Shown here: positions 27,275 to 38,238 of the stretch, one piece after another | Numbering within the stretch: position 1 is the first letter of the stretch | Layout of the letters: each line of letters opens with the position of its first letter | DNA from: Candidatus Doudnabacteria bacterium | Lineage (GTDB): Bacteria; Patescibacteriota; Doudnabacteria; UBA920 | Assembly: GCA_023245995.1 (NCBI GenBank) | Contig: JAHFJH010000003.1 | Location: forward strand, 1,585-65,584 | DNA length: 64,000 nucleotides | Direction: 5' to 3' | The notes under the pieces: model-generated | Told to the model about the DNA's origin: nothing | The model's input: only the letters and a program-made list of their open reading frames with translations | Databases searched by the model: none | Program-made: the position numbers and the translations under genes

Positions 27275-28557
27275 AAATCACGTACTAGGTTACAAATAAC
27301 TTTAATACGTTCATCTGCCTGCATGCGGGCTTTAAAGTCTTGAATATACTTTTGTCGTTCTTCTTTTGCTTCGGGTAATTTATCACTCTTTATAATCTCT
27401 ACTACTTCAGCAATCCACTCCGCGATCTTTACCATTTCATGTTCTTTAATACCACGCGTGGTTATAGCTGGGGTACCAATACGGACGCCGGAAGGATAGA
27501 ATGGACTGGGATCGTTTGGAACAGTATTGCGATTAGTTACAATTCCTGCAAAATTTAATGCAGATGCTACTAAGGTTCCTTTACCAAGTGAGTCGCCAGA
27601 AAAGTCCATTACTAGCAAATGGTTTTCCGTTCCCCCGCCAACTAGCACTATCCCCTTAGCCCTTAGCCCTTCTGCTAACACTTTGGCATTATTCACTACC
27701 CCGTGTCCATATTCTGCAAATTCTAATTGCGATGCTTCAAATAAGGCAACAGCAATACCAGCCGTGGTGTTATTATGTGGGCCGCCTTGCATGCCTGGCA
27801 TAACTGCAGAGTCTATTTTCTTTGGTAAGTCAGGGTCTTTTGCAAGCCCTTCATCTGTAACTAAAATTATTGCCCCCCTTGGGCCCCGTAGCGTTTTGTG
27901 TGTAGTAGACATTACTACATGAGCAAAAGGCACAGGGCTTGGGTGCACACCAGCAATAATTAAACCTACGATGTGCGATATATCTGCAACCAAGTAAGCC
28001 CCCACGCTATCGGCAATACTTCTCGCTTGTTCCCAGTCTAAAATAAACGGGTAGGCCGTAGTACCAAAAAATATCACCTTTGGTTTATGTTCCAAAGCTT
28101 TTGCTCGCATGTCGGCGTAGTCTATTTTTGCTTCTTCTGTAAGTCCAAACTGCACGGAGGTGTAATATTTTCCGGAAAAAGTAACACGTGGGTGCCCATG
28201 AGTTAAATGACCGCCACTAGAAAGTCCTAGACCCATAATCGTGCTACCCGGCTCTGCAAGTGCAAAAAGTATTTCGCTGTTGGCCGGACTACCCGAGTAG
28301 GGTTGAACGTTTGCATGTGGCACACCAAAAAGCTTTTTGGCACGGCCTATAGCCAGTAGCTCAATTTGGTCTACTATTTCATTGCCCTCATAGTACCGCT
28401 TACCCGCATACCCTTCCGAATACTTATTTGCCAAAACCGAGCCTACGGCTTCCCGCACAGCTTTAGACGCGTAGTTCTCGGACGGAATAAGCATAAGAGT
28501 ACTTTGTTGCCTCTCTGCTTCTTGGCCTATTAAATTTTCAATTTCTGTGTCTTGCAT
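27250..28557 (-). CDS. glyA: serine hydroxymethyltransferase
   Basis: SHMT motifs: PLP lysine context THKTLRGPRGA, GGHLTHGH. Confidence 0.92.
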   Translation of the reverse strand: MQDTEIENLIGQEAERQQSTLMLIPSENYASKAVREAVGSVLANKYSEGYAGKRYYEGNEIVDQIELLAIGRAKKLFGVPHANVQPYSGSPANSEILFALAEPGSTIMGLGLSSGGHLTHGHPRVTFSGKYYTSVQFGLTEEAKIDYADMRAKALEHKPKVIFFGTTAYPFILDWEQARSIADSVGAYLVADISHIVGLIIAGVHPSPVPFAHVVMSTTHKTLRGPRGAIILVTDEGLAKDPDLPKKIDSAVMPGMQGGPHNNTTAGIAVALFEASQLEFAEYGHGVVNNAKVLAEGLRAKGIVLVGGGTENHLLVMDFSGDSLGKGTLVASALNFAGIVTNRNTVPNDPSPFYPSGVRIGTPAITTRGIKEHEMVKIAEWIAEVVEIIKSDKLPEAKEERQKYIQDFKARMQADERIKVICNLVRDLCAQFPIL

Positions 28558-28560
28558 ATA

Positions 28561-29709
28561 CTAAAGTAGTAAATAGAGCAAAGCCAACAAGGCCGCCATA
28601 AAAAAGAGTAATACAAAACTGCCAGTCACCGCAAATAGCAAAGCTGCCAAAAGCGCAGTTAAGAGCTTACCTACCGATAGGCTTTGCTCAAAAAAAACTA
28701 TATATGGCATAACTTCTGTGGCTTCGGCGCGTTCGTAAGTTACCGTATTCAGCGGAACATAGTAAATATTTTTACCCACTCTAGCTGCAGTGTCGGAAGT
28801 TAACGCACCCCACGCCCCAGGCAAAAATGGTCGTAAAAGCCAACCAGAGGCTGTAAACAAGGCGCCAAACCGTAAAAGCGCAAGTTTTGCACGACCGTCT
28901 GTACGTTTACCAATATAGAGGGTAATAATTGCGGAAAATATAGAAGCAGTGGTAACTACGAGACCAGTATTTTTATAACCCTGTACGGCCAAAAAAATAA
29001 AAATTGGCCACAGTGTTAAAAAAAGCAGTTCTTCGCCAAAACCCAAATAGCCAAAAAACTTTTTTGTTCGAGTAAAAAATAGCTCCCAAGTACTCCGAAA
29101 ATGGTAGGGCCGTTTATAACCGTTCTCTTTATGCATAGCAAGAGGAACAATGGCCATAGCATACACAATTCCGGCCACCACTAACAACGCTCCACTTCCG
29201 TGTAGTTGGGCAATAAAACCACCAACCAACGGACCTAAAATTTGCACCACCTGTACTATAGCCATAAGCACACTAAACTCCCTACCAACTTGGCCTTGGT
29301 TTGCAAAACGAGCCACTATAGACCCAAACGCCGGCCAGTAAAAGGCTTTGCTAAACGCATACATAATAGGCGCAACAAAAATAAGCAATGGAATATCTCG
29401 AGCAAAAAATAAACACGCCCAGTACAAAAGCTGGAATGGAACACTAACAATAAGCGCGTGCTTAAAACCAAAATGGGTGGCAAATTTTCCGCCAAGAGGA
29501 ATAACTAAAATGTACCAAGCATAAACTGCTGCAAAAAACAGCATAACTTCCGGAATGCTTAAACGCAAACTTTGGTATAAGTAAATAGGCTCAAAAATAA
29601 GCATCGCCGCTGCCGCAGTGTCGGTTATTGCGGTAGCTACGTAAAGCTCTTTTACCTCCCTATGAAGCCGGTGGGTAAAGTAATGTGAGACTCGATTAGC
29701 AAGGGTCAT
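28561..29709 (-). CDS. MFS-type transporter (start uncertain)
   Basis: About 12 hydrophobic segments with typical MFS spacing. 382 aa. Confidence 0.65.
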   Translation of the reverse strand: MTLANRVSHYFTHRLHREVKELYVATAITDTAAAAMLIFEPIYLYQSLRLSIPEVMLFFAAVYAWYILVIPLGGKFATHFGFKHALIVSVPFQLLYWACLFFARDIPLLIFVAPIMYAFSKAFYWPAFGSIVARFANQGQVGREFSVLMAIVQVVQILGPLVGGFIAQLHGSGALLVVAGIVYAMAIVPLAMHKENGYKRPYHFRSTWELFFTRTKKFFGYLGFGEELLFLTLWPIFIFLAVQGYKNTGLVVTTASIFSAIITLYIGKRTDGRAKLALLRFGALFTASGWLLRPFLPGAWGALTSDTAARVGKNIYYVPLNTVTYERAEATEVMPYIVFFEQSLSVGKLLTALLAALLFAVTGSFVLLFFMAALLALLYLLL

Positions 29710-29914
29710 AAAGCGTGGAACAAGTAAACATTAAACATATTTTAGAAATACCAAAGCAAGAAATGGCAGGTGTGCAACTTTTTGGTATGCGTATATATCT
29801 TCAATAATAAGTATATCAGGTTTATATCTTTTGGCTTAAATACAAGTACTTAAAACAGACATTTGACAAAATTGTCAAATTTGTAGATTGTTGAAATAGA
29901 AGGAGGTACTGCTT

Positions 29915-30199
29915 ATGTCTATCATCAACTTGCATGCCTATGACGATGCAGTCTGGCTTGCAGAAAGACTGTTAGTAGATGCGGGAGCCAATGTAGTCGT
30001 ACTGCGCGACTATGGAGGCCCTCCAACCAAAGAGCTGAAACAAAAAATACTGATTGCGCTGTATGATGCGGTTTTACATGACAGGCTCAAAACCATACAA
30101 GCGCTAGCAAGGTTACTGGAGGCTAGGTATGAAACACCGAGGGACACCATTCCACAGTTGCTTGTCGCTCTCCAAGCGGAGGAGCTCGAGGCAGCTTAG
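29915..30199 (+). CDS. hypothetical small protein
   Basis: Strong SD gAAGGAGGtactgcttATG. 94 aa, helical, slightly GC-enriched. Confidence 0.5.
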   Translation: MSIINLHAYDDAVWLAERLLVDAGANVVVLRDYGGPPTKELKQKILIALYDAVLHDRLKTIQALARLLEARYETPRDTIPQLLVALQAEELEAA

Positions 30200-30209
30200 G
30201 CACACACAA

Positions 30210-30252
30210 AGGCACAGGACAATCCTCACAACTGTCCTGTGCCTTTTTTATT
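30210..30252 (+). terminator. intrinsic terminator
   Basis: aggcacaggaca-atcctcacaact-gtcctgtgcct followed by tttttta. Confidence 0.65.
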
Positions 30253-30281
30253 TACTCGCTGTTATATTTTTAGATTTACAG

Positions 30282-32753
30282 TTACACAACTAAATTCAGT
30301 AATTTATCCTGCACAAATATTGCACGCTTTACTTCACTGCCCGCAAGTGCGGTTTTTATTTTTTCATCTTCAAAGGCTGCCGACTTTACAACGTCCTCTG
30401 TCGCTCCTTGGAGCATAGTTAGCTTGCCTCGCATTTTGCCATTTATTTGCACTACCAAAGTTACCGTCTCATCTCGTACAAAACTTTCGTCCCACGCTGG
30501 CCAGTGATCTTTCTGAACAGTGTCGCTATGCCCTAGCTCCTGCCACAGCTCGTCTGCTATGTGTGGTGCAAAAGGTGCGACCAACTGCACTAAACTTTCC
30601 AAAGCGAACTGCCAAGAAGTAGACCCAACAAATCCGTGTTCTGTTTTTTCGGCGCTCAAACTATTTACTAGTTCCATCATACTAGAAATTGCTGTATTGT
30701 ATTTCAAGTTGCCTAAATCGGAAGTCACTTTTTTTATAGTCTTATGCGTTGTGCGCAGAATTATATCATTGCTAAGTGGTGACTCCTCTGCTGCCAAAAA
30801 TTCTTGCACCAGTGTCCATATGCGACCAAGAAAACGAAGTGCAGCGGGCACGCCTTGCGGGTCCCAACGTATCCATATTTCTAATGGTGCTGCGAACATT
30901 AAATAAATACGCAACGCGTCTGCTCCGTGCTGGCTTATAATTTCCAGCGGGTCCACTCCGTTACCCTTGCTCTTACTGAACATTTGTCCGTCAGAGGCCG
31001 TGACTTTACCGTTGAACAAGAATTTTTTAAATGGCTCAGCCGTTTCCAGTAAACCTTTTTTGTGGAAAAATCTAGTCACAAAACGAGCATACAACATATG
31101 GGCAGTTGCGTGGTCTGCACCGTTGTAAAAGTCTATTGGCATCCACTTATTCACTAGGCTGCTATCAAAAATTTTCTCAGAATTAGCCGGGTCAAAATAG
31201 CGCAACATGTACCAGCTACTACAAATATAGGTGTCCAAAGTGTCTGTCTCACGTTCCCCTTCTCCCCCACACTTAGGACACTTTACATGTACCCAGTCTT
31301 GAGCGCGAGCAAGTGCGCTACGTCCGTCCCCACTGGGGCTAAAATCCTTTAGCTCCGGCAACACAACCGGCAAATCTGCGTCTGGCACAAGCTGTGGCCC
31401 ACAAGTTTTACAATAAATAATTGGAATGGGCGCACCCCAATACCTCTGCCTGGAAACACTCCAGTCCCGCATTTTATATTGCACTGAACGAGTGCCCATG
31501 TTGTGCTCTTCAATATATTTTATAATTGGTTCGCGCGCTTCACCCCACTTCATTCCTACTATACCCTCTGGAGCCTGCTCCAATACACCTTCTGGGTCAT
31601 GGTGGTAACAGACTTCTAAATCTCTTACTTTTTTTGCCATGGCTTCATCTGCAGGAAACATGACTGGGCGAAGCGGGATGTTATACATTTTAGCAAAAGC
31701 AAAGTCGCGTTCATCATGAGCGCTACATGTCACAAATCCACCTCCATAGTCTGCTACAACAAAAGAAGCAATCCATATGGGTAAGTCGCCGGTACCAAAC
31801 GGATTTGCCAAATATCGGCCAGTAAAAATGCCTTCAATGTCTTTTTCAACATCAAACTTATCTTTTAGCTTACGCTTACGGATTTTGTCCACCATTTCTA
31901 AAACTGGCTTTTCGTGCTCAGTACCTTCTATAAGCTCTCGGACCATTGGGTGCTCAGGCGCTATAACTGCAAAAGTTTGAGCCATAAAGGTTTGGGGCAC
32001 GGAATCGTATGACTGCAACTCTATGCCTAAATCTTTCACTGTAAACGTAAACAACACACCCTCACTCTTACCAATCCAATTCTTCTGTGCGGTCTTTACT
32101 GTTTCCGTCCAGTCTAGTGCATCTGTTGCTTCTAAAAGTTCGTCTGCGTAGTCTGTAATTTTGAAAAACCATTGCTTCACTTCGCGCTGCACGACCTCGG
32201 GATCAGTTATGGCGTCATGTCGCCAGCATTTACCATCTATAACCTGCTCGTTGGCAAGTACGGTCTGACATTTATCGCACCACCATTGTAAGCGTGTGTC
32301 TTGATATGCTAAACCAGCTCTAAACATTTCCGAGAAAATCCACTGCGTCCATTTATAATATTCGGGCGTATGAGTTGCTATTTCCTTGCTCCAATCATTG
32401 CTCCAACCCATGGCTTGGTACTGCTTGTGGTAGTTTGGAATTATTTTGGCCATGGACTCTTGAGGCGACACTCCGGCTTTTATAGCATAATTTTCCGCGG
32501 GCAAACCAAAACTATCCCAGCCAACTGGGTGGTAACTCTCGTAGCCTGCCTGACGCTTAAAGCGTGCAAGCACATCGCTAATAGTGTAGTTCATGGCATG
32601 CCCTATGTGTATTCCTGCTCCACTTGGGTAGTTAAACATGCTCATGGAAATAAATTTTGGCTTGGAACTGCCTAAGTCAGCCTTATAAACACCTGTTTCC
32701 TGCCATATTTTCCGCCATTTTGACTCAATGTTTTTTGGATTATACTTTTTCAT
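30282..32753 (-). CDS. leuS: leucyl-tRNA synthetase
   Basis: HIGH-type motif (HIGHAMNYTISD), KMSKS (FSKSKGN context), CP1 editing domain. 823 aa. Confidence 0.95.
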   Translation of the reverse strand: MKKYNPKNIESKWRKIWQETGVYKADLGSSKPKFISMSMFNYPSGAGIHIGHAMNYTISDVLARFKRQAGYESYHPVGWDSFGLPAENYAIKAGVSPQESMAKIIPNYHKQYQAMGWSNDWSKEIATHTPEYYKWTQWIFSEMFRAGLAYQDTRLQWWCDKCQTVLANEQVIDGKCWRHDAITDPEVVQREVKQWFFKITDYADELLEATDALDWTETVKTAQKNWIGKSEGVLFTFTVKDLGIELQSYDSVPQTFMAQTFAVIAPEHPMVRELIEGTEHEKPVLEMVDKIRKRKLKDKFDVEKDIEGIFTGRYLANPFGTGDLPIWIASFVVADYGGGFVTCSAHDERDFAFAKMYNIPLRPVMFPADEAMAKKVRDLEVCYHHDPEGVLEQAPEGIVGMKWGEAREPIIKYIEEHNMGTRSVQYKMRDWSVSRQRYWGAPIPIIYCKTCGPQLVPDADLPVVLPELKDFSPSGDGRSALARAQDWVHVKCPKCGGEGERETDTLDTYICSSWYMLRYFDPANSEKIFDSSLVNKWMPIDFYNGADHATAHMLYARFVTRFFHKKGLLETAEPFKKFLFNGKVTASDGQMFSKSKGNGVDPLEIISQHGADALRIYLMFAAPLEIWIRWDPQGVPAALRFLGRIWTLVQEFLAAEESPLSNDIILRTTHKTIKKVTSDLGNLKYNTAISSMMELVNSLSAEKTEHGFVGSTSWQFALESLVQLVAPFAPHIADELWQELGHSDTVQKDHWPAWDESFVRDETVTLVVQINGKMRGKLTMLQGATEDVVKSAAFEDEKIKTALAGSEVKRAIFVQDKLLNLVV

Positions 32754-32764
32754 AACGGTACAAA

Positions 32765-33643
32765 TTATAAAGCAATATTAAACAATTGTACTGCATTTGC
32801 GGTAGTTTGGCGAGCCACCTGTTCAAAAGATATATTTTTAATTTCTGCAATCTTATGGGCCACCGCCTGAACATTTATGGGCTCGTTACGCTTACCGCGC
32901 ATAGGTGCTGGCGCTAAGTATGGAGAATCTGTTTCAAGAACTAAGCGGTCCAGCGGCACGCCCCTTACCACTTCTTCCATATTGCCAGTTTTGTCGAAAG
33001 TAAGAATACCATTAAGACCAATATACCCACCAAGCTCAATAAACTTTTTTGCGACTTCCAAACTTCCCGTAAAGCTATGTATCTCAAATCTCAATACTGA
33101 CAACTGACTACCAGCTACCGAATTCAGTATTTCCAATACATCATTGTAAGCATCACTACTTCCTTTACTTGGCCTGCAATGTATAACCAACGCCTTGTCC
33201 ATATTCTGCGCGAGTTGCAACTGCTTCAAAAAAGCTTCCTTTTGCAACTTCTTAATTACTGCATGATTCATACTTCCTAATTCTTGATCCGGTAATCTGT
33301 AATAATCCAACCCGCACTCACCTATCCCCACCACTTTTGGGTTCTCCGCAAGTTGCTTATAAGCTTCAAAGTTAAACTCTTCTTGGCCTGTAACAAAAGC
33401 ACTTTCGTTTTCATCTAAATACGGATTTTCATACGTATGGCTTGGGTGTAGCCCTACTACCGCAAAAACATTTTGTGTATACCGAGAAAGCATTTCTACT
33501 GCCTGTTTACTAGTATTAAACTCGGTCCCCACGTTTATTACGGCCACACCCGCGTCTAAGCTACGCCTTATAACTTCGTCTGCATCATCGCGAAAAGCGT
33601 GTAGGTTTATATGTGCATGTGTGTCTACGAGCATATATTGCAA
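32765..33643 (-). CDS. tatD: TatD-family metal-dependent hydrolase/DNase
   Basis: MLVDTHAHINLHAF...; the internal HxH and conserved His/Glu pattern are typical of TatD. Confidence 0.85.
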   Translation of the reverse strand: MQYMLVDTHAHINLHAFRDDADEVIRRSLDAGVAVINVGTEFNTSKQAVEMLSRYTQNVFAVVGLHPSHTYENPYLDENESAFVTGQEEFNFEAYKQLAENPKVVGIGECGLDYYRLPDQELGSMNHAVIKKLQKEAFLKQLQLAQNMDKALVIHCRPSKGSSDAYNDVLEILNSVAGSQLSVLRFEIHSFTGSLEVAKKFIELGGYIGLNGILTFDKTGNMEEVVRGVPLDRLVLETDSPYLAPAPMRGKRNEPINVQAVAHKIAEIKNISFEQVARQTTANAVQLFNIAL

Positions 33644-33737
33644 AATAATAAGACTATGAATATAATATGAAAACTAGTAACTGAACGCAACCTTATTTCA
33701 CCGTGCCAATTACGTAACACAAATCGGAGGACTAACA

Positions 33738-33986
33738 ATGAAGCGAGTAAAGCAGACGACTGAATCAACAACGACGATGCTGCCAGAGCGTTTCTATGTT
33801 GAACATGTGAACGAAGCAGATCGTGTCAGAAAGGCCACACCACATCTTAACACCGCCACCCTGATAGAATGCCCGAGTAGGTGTGGTCAACAACACTTCG
33901 CAAACGCAATTCCAGTACAATGTTACCGGACCCATACAAAATCTAAGCGTCCACCACGAAACCCCAATCAATACAACGGCGGTTAA
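33738..33986 (+). CDS. hypothetical small basic protein
   Basis: SD cGGAGGactaacaATG. 82 aa, contains CPSRCG. It competes with two overlapping ORFs in the same gap. Confidence 0.3.
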   Translation: MKRVKQTTESTTTMLPERFYVEHVNEADRVRKATPHLNTATLIECPSRCGQQHFANAIPVQCYRTHTKSKRPPRNPNQYNGG

Positions 33987-34061
33987 GTTGAATAAGTCAC
34001 CGAGCTCCCTTATACCCCACACTTCCAATATGCGCAGTGTGGGGCTTTGTTCTATACAGAA

Positions 34062-35507
34062 TTATTCAACCCTGGGAAAAAGTCGTGGAATCGTACCTGT
34101 AGACATGTCTTGCAATGCAATTAGTATCTTTTTAGCAGTATCGGGTAACAAAGGCTGTAAATGATAAGCAATAAGCTCTAGGTGTGCGAGTAAGTATTCT
34201 ATATCTTTTTTACCTGCTTCTGCGTCTACCTTAATCTTTTTAAATGGCTCTTCCCTAGCTATATACTCATCTACTTCTTTTACTTTGCCCCAGACCCAAT
34301 CTGCCGCCTTCTGAATTTCATAGTGTTCTAAATACGTTTTGTATTCCGCATTAAAATCTGCAATCTGCAATCTAAAATCTGCAATTCCCGCATTCGTTGC
34401 CATCTTTAGCACACGACTAACCAAATTTCCAAGTCCGTTTGCAAGATTTGCGTTATAACTTTCCTTAAACTTCTCTTCAGTAAAATCTCCATCTTCGAAC
34501 ATATTCATTTCACGAGCAAGCCAATACCTAAGTGCGTCTGTGCTATACGTGTCTACCACCTTGAATGGATCCACCACATTACCAAGAGACTTAGACATCT
34601 TCTGTCCGCCAGAATTTATAAATCCATGTATAACTACCTGCTTAGAATTTGGTAGACCTGCAGAAAAAAGCATGGCTTGCCACATTGCCGACTGCTGACG
34701 TAAATTATCTTTACCTGCAATTTGAACCCCGTTTGAATTTTCTGCTGTACCCCAAAACTGCTCAAAATTAGAAACATCTTCGGGCCAACCAAGAGTAGAA
34801 ATATAATTTACCAACGCGTCGAACCATACATACATAACTTGTGTTTCATCTCCTGGTACTGGCACGCCCCATGACATTTTTTCTTTTAGACGCGATATAC
34901 TGAAGTCTTGCAGTCCGGCCTCTACAAACTTCTTTATTTCATTGAATCTAAAATCTGGAACCACAAAAGTTTTATTGTCTGCGTAAAATTCCAACAAGTG
35001 TTGCCCATACTTAGAAAACCTAAAGAAATAATTTTCTTCTTTTCTTATTTCTATTTCTAAATTTGTATGTAGTGGGCATTTGCCGTCTACAAGCTCAGAG
35101 TCGGTTTTTTCCAACTCACAACCAACGCAATATTTTATTTCGTATTCTTTTTTGTAAATATCACCGCTTGCGTTACAGCGCGTCCAAAATTCTTGTGCAG
35201 CCTGCTTGTGATGAGCGTCTGTGGTACGAATAAAATGCACCTCTGGCAATATGCCGAGCTTTGGTAATAGAGCCTTAAAACGCGCAGCATAAGAATCTAC
35301 ATATACTTGCGTGTCCTTGCCTGCTTCAAGAGCTTTGCCATGAATTTTTGCGCCGTGCTCGTCTGTCCCTGTATTAAAAAATACCTCTTCGCCCATAAGT
35401 TTATGGTACCGTGCTAAAATGTCCGCCTCAACCACTTCCAAAGCAAACCCAATATGCGGGTCAGAATTTACATATGGAATAGTTGTTGTTATGTAAAACT
35501 TATTCAT
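34062..35507 (-). CDS. metG: methionyl-tRNA synthetase
   Basis: [24 protein letters not shown]... and [12 protein letters not shown]. Start set to the ATG at 35507; the track begins 4 codons earlier on TTG. Confidence 0.93.
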   Translation of the reverse strand: MNKFYITTTIPYVNSDPHIGFALEVVEADILARYHKLMGEEVFFNTGTDEHGAKIHGKALEAGKDTQVYVDSYAARFKALLPKLGILPEVHFIRTTDAHHKQAAQEFWTRCNASGDIYKKEYEIKYCVGCELEKTDSELVDGKCPLHTNLEIEIRKEENYFFRFSKYGQHLLEFYADNKTFVVPDFRFNEIKKFVEAGLQDFSISRLKEKMSWGVPVPGDETQVMYVWFDALVNYISTLGWPEDVSNFEQFWGTAENSNGVQIAGKDNLRQQSAMWQAMLFSAGLPNSKQVVIHGFINSGGQKMSKSLGNVVDPFKVVDTYSTDALRYWLAREMNMFEDGDFTEEKFKESYNANLANGLGNLVSRVLKMATNAGIADFRLQIADFNAEYKTYLEHYEIQKAADWVWGKVKEVDEYIAREEPFKKIKVDAEAGKKDIEYLLAHLELIAYHLQPLLPDTAKKILIALQDMSTGTIPRLFPRVE

Positions 35508-35565
35508 AAAAATAAACAAAAAGAGCTCGTTTAAGCCCTTTTAGTATAGCGGTTTTGAACATTTA

Positions 35566-36597
35566 CTACAATTGAGCCACTTTATAGTCATTTTGCTCAC
35601 CAGTAAACTCCTCTATAAGCACCAAAACTGCTCCCGCAACGGGGACTGCCAGAAGCAGACCAACTATGCCGGCGAGCTTAAAACCTATAAGCAACGAGAG
35701 GAGTACCACTAGCGGAGAAGTGCCAACTGTTTTATGCATAATTTTTGGCACTAAAACATAACCTTCGGTTTTTTGGATAATTATATATAAAATTATTATT
35801 CCAAAAGCCAAAGCTGGGTTTTGAATAAGGGCAAAGAAAAACGCAGGTACGGCAGAAAGTATGGGGCCAATGTATGGTACAACTTCAAACAAGCCTGCAA
35901 GCAAAGCCAGTACCAATGCATACCGAATGCCTAAAATACTTAAGCCCACATATGTGAGAACAAAAATACTGATGCTTAAAAGCAACTGTCCAAGAACCCA
36001 CAAACCCATTTTACGCTGAATTTTGTTAATTACATGCATTACCAAGTCGCGTCTTGCCACTGGTACAAGCGGGCGTATGAGTTCTTTCATACCGTTTTGG
36101 TCCGCAACCACAAGGTAAAAAGAAACAACCATAACAGTTATAAACCCAACGGCTCCGCTAAAAACGCTCACGGTACGACTTACCACGGTACCCCCGCCGT
36201 CCCCTCCTACAATGCTATGGAATATTTGGCTGCCGCTCACATCTCCAACAACGCTGTTGAAGAAAGGGTACTTGGCCTGAAAGTCTGCTAAGTACTCGGG
36301 AAAATGTGCCGCCAAAAGTCTAAATTGCTCTATAACAGGAGGAATAATAGTAGAAACTACCAATGCAATAATACCTAAAACAAGAATATACAAAGCAAGC
36401 ACGCTTACTCCGCGAGGAATTTTACGCTTATGCAAGTAGTCAGCCAACGGATCCATGGCCGAGGCAAAAACCACTGCTAGTAAAAATAATGTAAGTATGT
36501 CTCGTACTGCCCACAAAAAAGCCAGAGACAAAACCACTAAAACTATTTTTAGTATTACCTGCGTGGAATATTCTAGCTCTCTAAATTTCATGTACAC
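35566..36597 (-). CDS. AI-2E family transporter (PerM/YhhT-like, UPF0118)
   Basis: Polytopic 343-aa protein with the characteristic helix arrangement and the ...VPYIGPILSAVPA... segment. Confidence 0.75.
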   Translation of the reverse strand: MYMKFRELEYSTQVILKIVLVVLSLAFLWAVRDILTLFLLAVVFASAMDPLADYLHKRKIPRGVSVLALYILVLGIIALVVSTIIPPVIEQFRLLAAHFPEYLADFQAKYPFFNSVVGDVSGSQIFHSIVGGDGGGTVVSRTVSVFSGAVGFITVMVVSFYLVVADQNGMKELIRPLVPVARRDLVMHVINKIQRKMGLWVLGQLLLSISIFVLTYVGLSILGIRYALVLALLAGLFEVVPYIGPILSAVPAFFFALIQNPALAFGIIILYIIIQKTEGYVLVPKIMHKTVGTSPLVVLLSLLIGFKLAGIVGLLLAVPVAGAVLVLIEEFTGEQNDYKVAQL

Positions 36598-36635
36598 AGT
36601 ATAACCCTAAATAAAAAAACCGGCTACTGCCGGTT

Positions 36636-36854
36636 TTACACTGTTGGAATAGGATTATTTTCTAAAATTTTCTTGGCTTCCTCTGTTTCTACATCCATTT
36701 TTCTCAGTCCTTCTAAACAGTAAACCTTAATTTGCTCACGCAAGAACTCTGTAAGACCATCCGCAAGCAAGTCGCGAATGAGTATGTCCTTAATCGTTTG
36801 ATCGAGCTCAGACATTTGTACTAAATAAACAATCTTTTGTACTTTTTCATCCAT
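36636..36854 (-). CDS. hypothetical small protein
   Basis: 72-aa acidic helical ORF. Confidence 0.35.
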   Translation of the reverse strand: MDEKVQKIVYLVQMSELDQTIKDILIRDLLADGLTEFLREQIKVYCLEGLRKMDVETEEAKKILENNPIPTV

Positions 36855-37156
36855 ATAAACATTATACCATGCACATCAATAACCGTTCTGACTATTATTC
36901 TCCCTCAACAGCCTCAAACAAAGATACATAACCGCGTTCAGCTTTACTTACTTTACTTTCAAACTTGCTAAATCTCTCCTCTACCTGCTGTACAACGTCG
37001 CTAGAAAACTCAATTTGCTGCACATTTTCCGACGCATTTTTTTCACTAAACATATATATTTGTTTCTTACTGCTAGCAAAATTCTTATTATATGGAATGT
37101 AACACTACTAAAAAATTTATGCAAGCACTTATGACAATATTTTAAATTAATTACCT

Positions 37157-37354
37157 TTATTCCTGCTCTTGCAGCTTATTGGATGCCTTATCATGACCAG
37201 CTTTATCAGGACTAGTCTTGGACCTATCGCTCGCTTTCGAATCTGGTGTTTGATCAAAATCTGGACCTACGCCAGTGTAAGTCAGTTTTTTCTTACCTGA
37301 CCTGAACTCTTCGTCAATCATGCGATCTATAGCACTTTCGTCTTCTTTTGACAT
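37157..37354 (-). CDS. hypothetical small disordered protein
   Basis: 65 aa, K/D/S-rich. Confidence 0.3.
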   Translation of the reverse strand: MSKEDESAIDRMIDEEFRSGKKKLTYTGVGPDFDQTPDSKASDRSKTSPDKAGHDKASNKLQEQE

Positions 37355-37359
37355 ATATT

Positions 37360-38238
37360 TTATCGTAAAGACTTTAATAACTTTATATCTTCTTTAACCT
37401 TATCGTGTTCTGTTTCTAAAATCAAGGGAAAATACTCAGAATCTCTAATACCTAATTTCAAATTTCTAATTTCAGATATAAAAGCCTTAAACCCAGCAAG
37501 GCCGATGTGGCCGTCGCCAATGTGCTCATGCCGGTCTTTATGGCTTGCAAACTCAGGTTTGCTGTCGTTTACATGGCTCATTCTTAACCACTCTAGGCCA
37601 ATAATGCTTTCAAACTTTTTAAACGTGTCGCCCGCAGCTTTTTGAGTGCGAATGTCATAACCAGATGCAAACGCATGCTGGGTGTCATAACAAATTCCTC
37701 CAAAGCCTTTGTATTTCTTTAAAACTTTAACTAGTTCTGCTAGCTCCTCAAATGTATCGCCCACTACTTGACCTGCCCCAGCAGATATTTCTATAAGCAA
37801 TTTTGTTGTGCCCTTGTAGCCCTCTAAAACCTCTTTAAGGCCGCTCTTTACCTGCTTCATGCCATCAACTTCACCCAAGTCCTTAAAGCTTCCAGGGTGA
37901 AACATTACGTAGCTTGCTCCCAAAAGACTTCCCCTTTCTAGCTCTGTGCGGATAATATTTATAGAACCATGGAAAGTGCTGGCCTTGGCTGAACCGAAAT
38001 TTATAATGTACGGCGCGTGGATAACAAAGTCCGTAAACCTGTACTGCTCCATTTCAGCTTTAAACTGATGCACAATTTCCTTGGTCAAAGGTGGAACGCT
38101 ACCGCCTTGTGGGCTCCTAGTAAATATTTGAAAAGTCTCACAACCCAAGTCTGCAGCATTCTTTGGCGCTTTAAATATTCCCCCCGCAATGCTGACATGA
38201 CATCCTATTTTTATATTCATAGCAGTTGAGTTACCCAA
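37360..38238 (-). CDS. nfo: endonuclease IV (AP endonuclease family 2)
   Basis: IGCHVSIAGG...; the TIM-barrel xylose-isomerase-like AP endonuclease pattern runs throughout. Confidence 0.85.
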   Translation of the reverse strand: MGNSTAMNIKIGCHVSIAGGIFKAPKNAADLGCETFQIFTRSPQGGSVPPLTKEIVHQFKAEMEQYRFTDFVIHAPYIINFGSAKASTFHGSINIIRTELERGSLLGASYVMFHPGSFKDLGEVDGMKQVKSGLKEVLEGYKGTTKLLIEISAGAGQVVGDTFEELAELVKVLKKYKGFGGICYDTQHAFASGYDIRTQKAAGDTFKKFESIIGLEWLRMSHVNDSKPEFASHKDRHEHIGDGHIGLAGFKAFISEIRNLKLGIRDSEYFPLILETEHDKVKEDIKLLKSLR

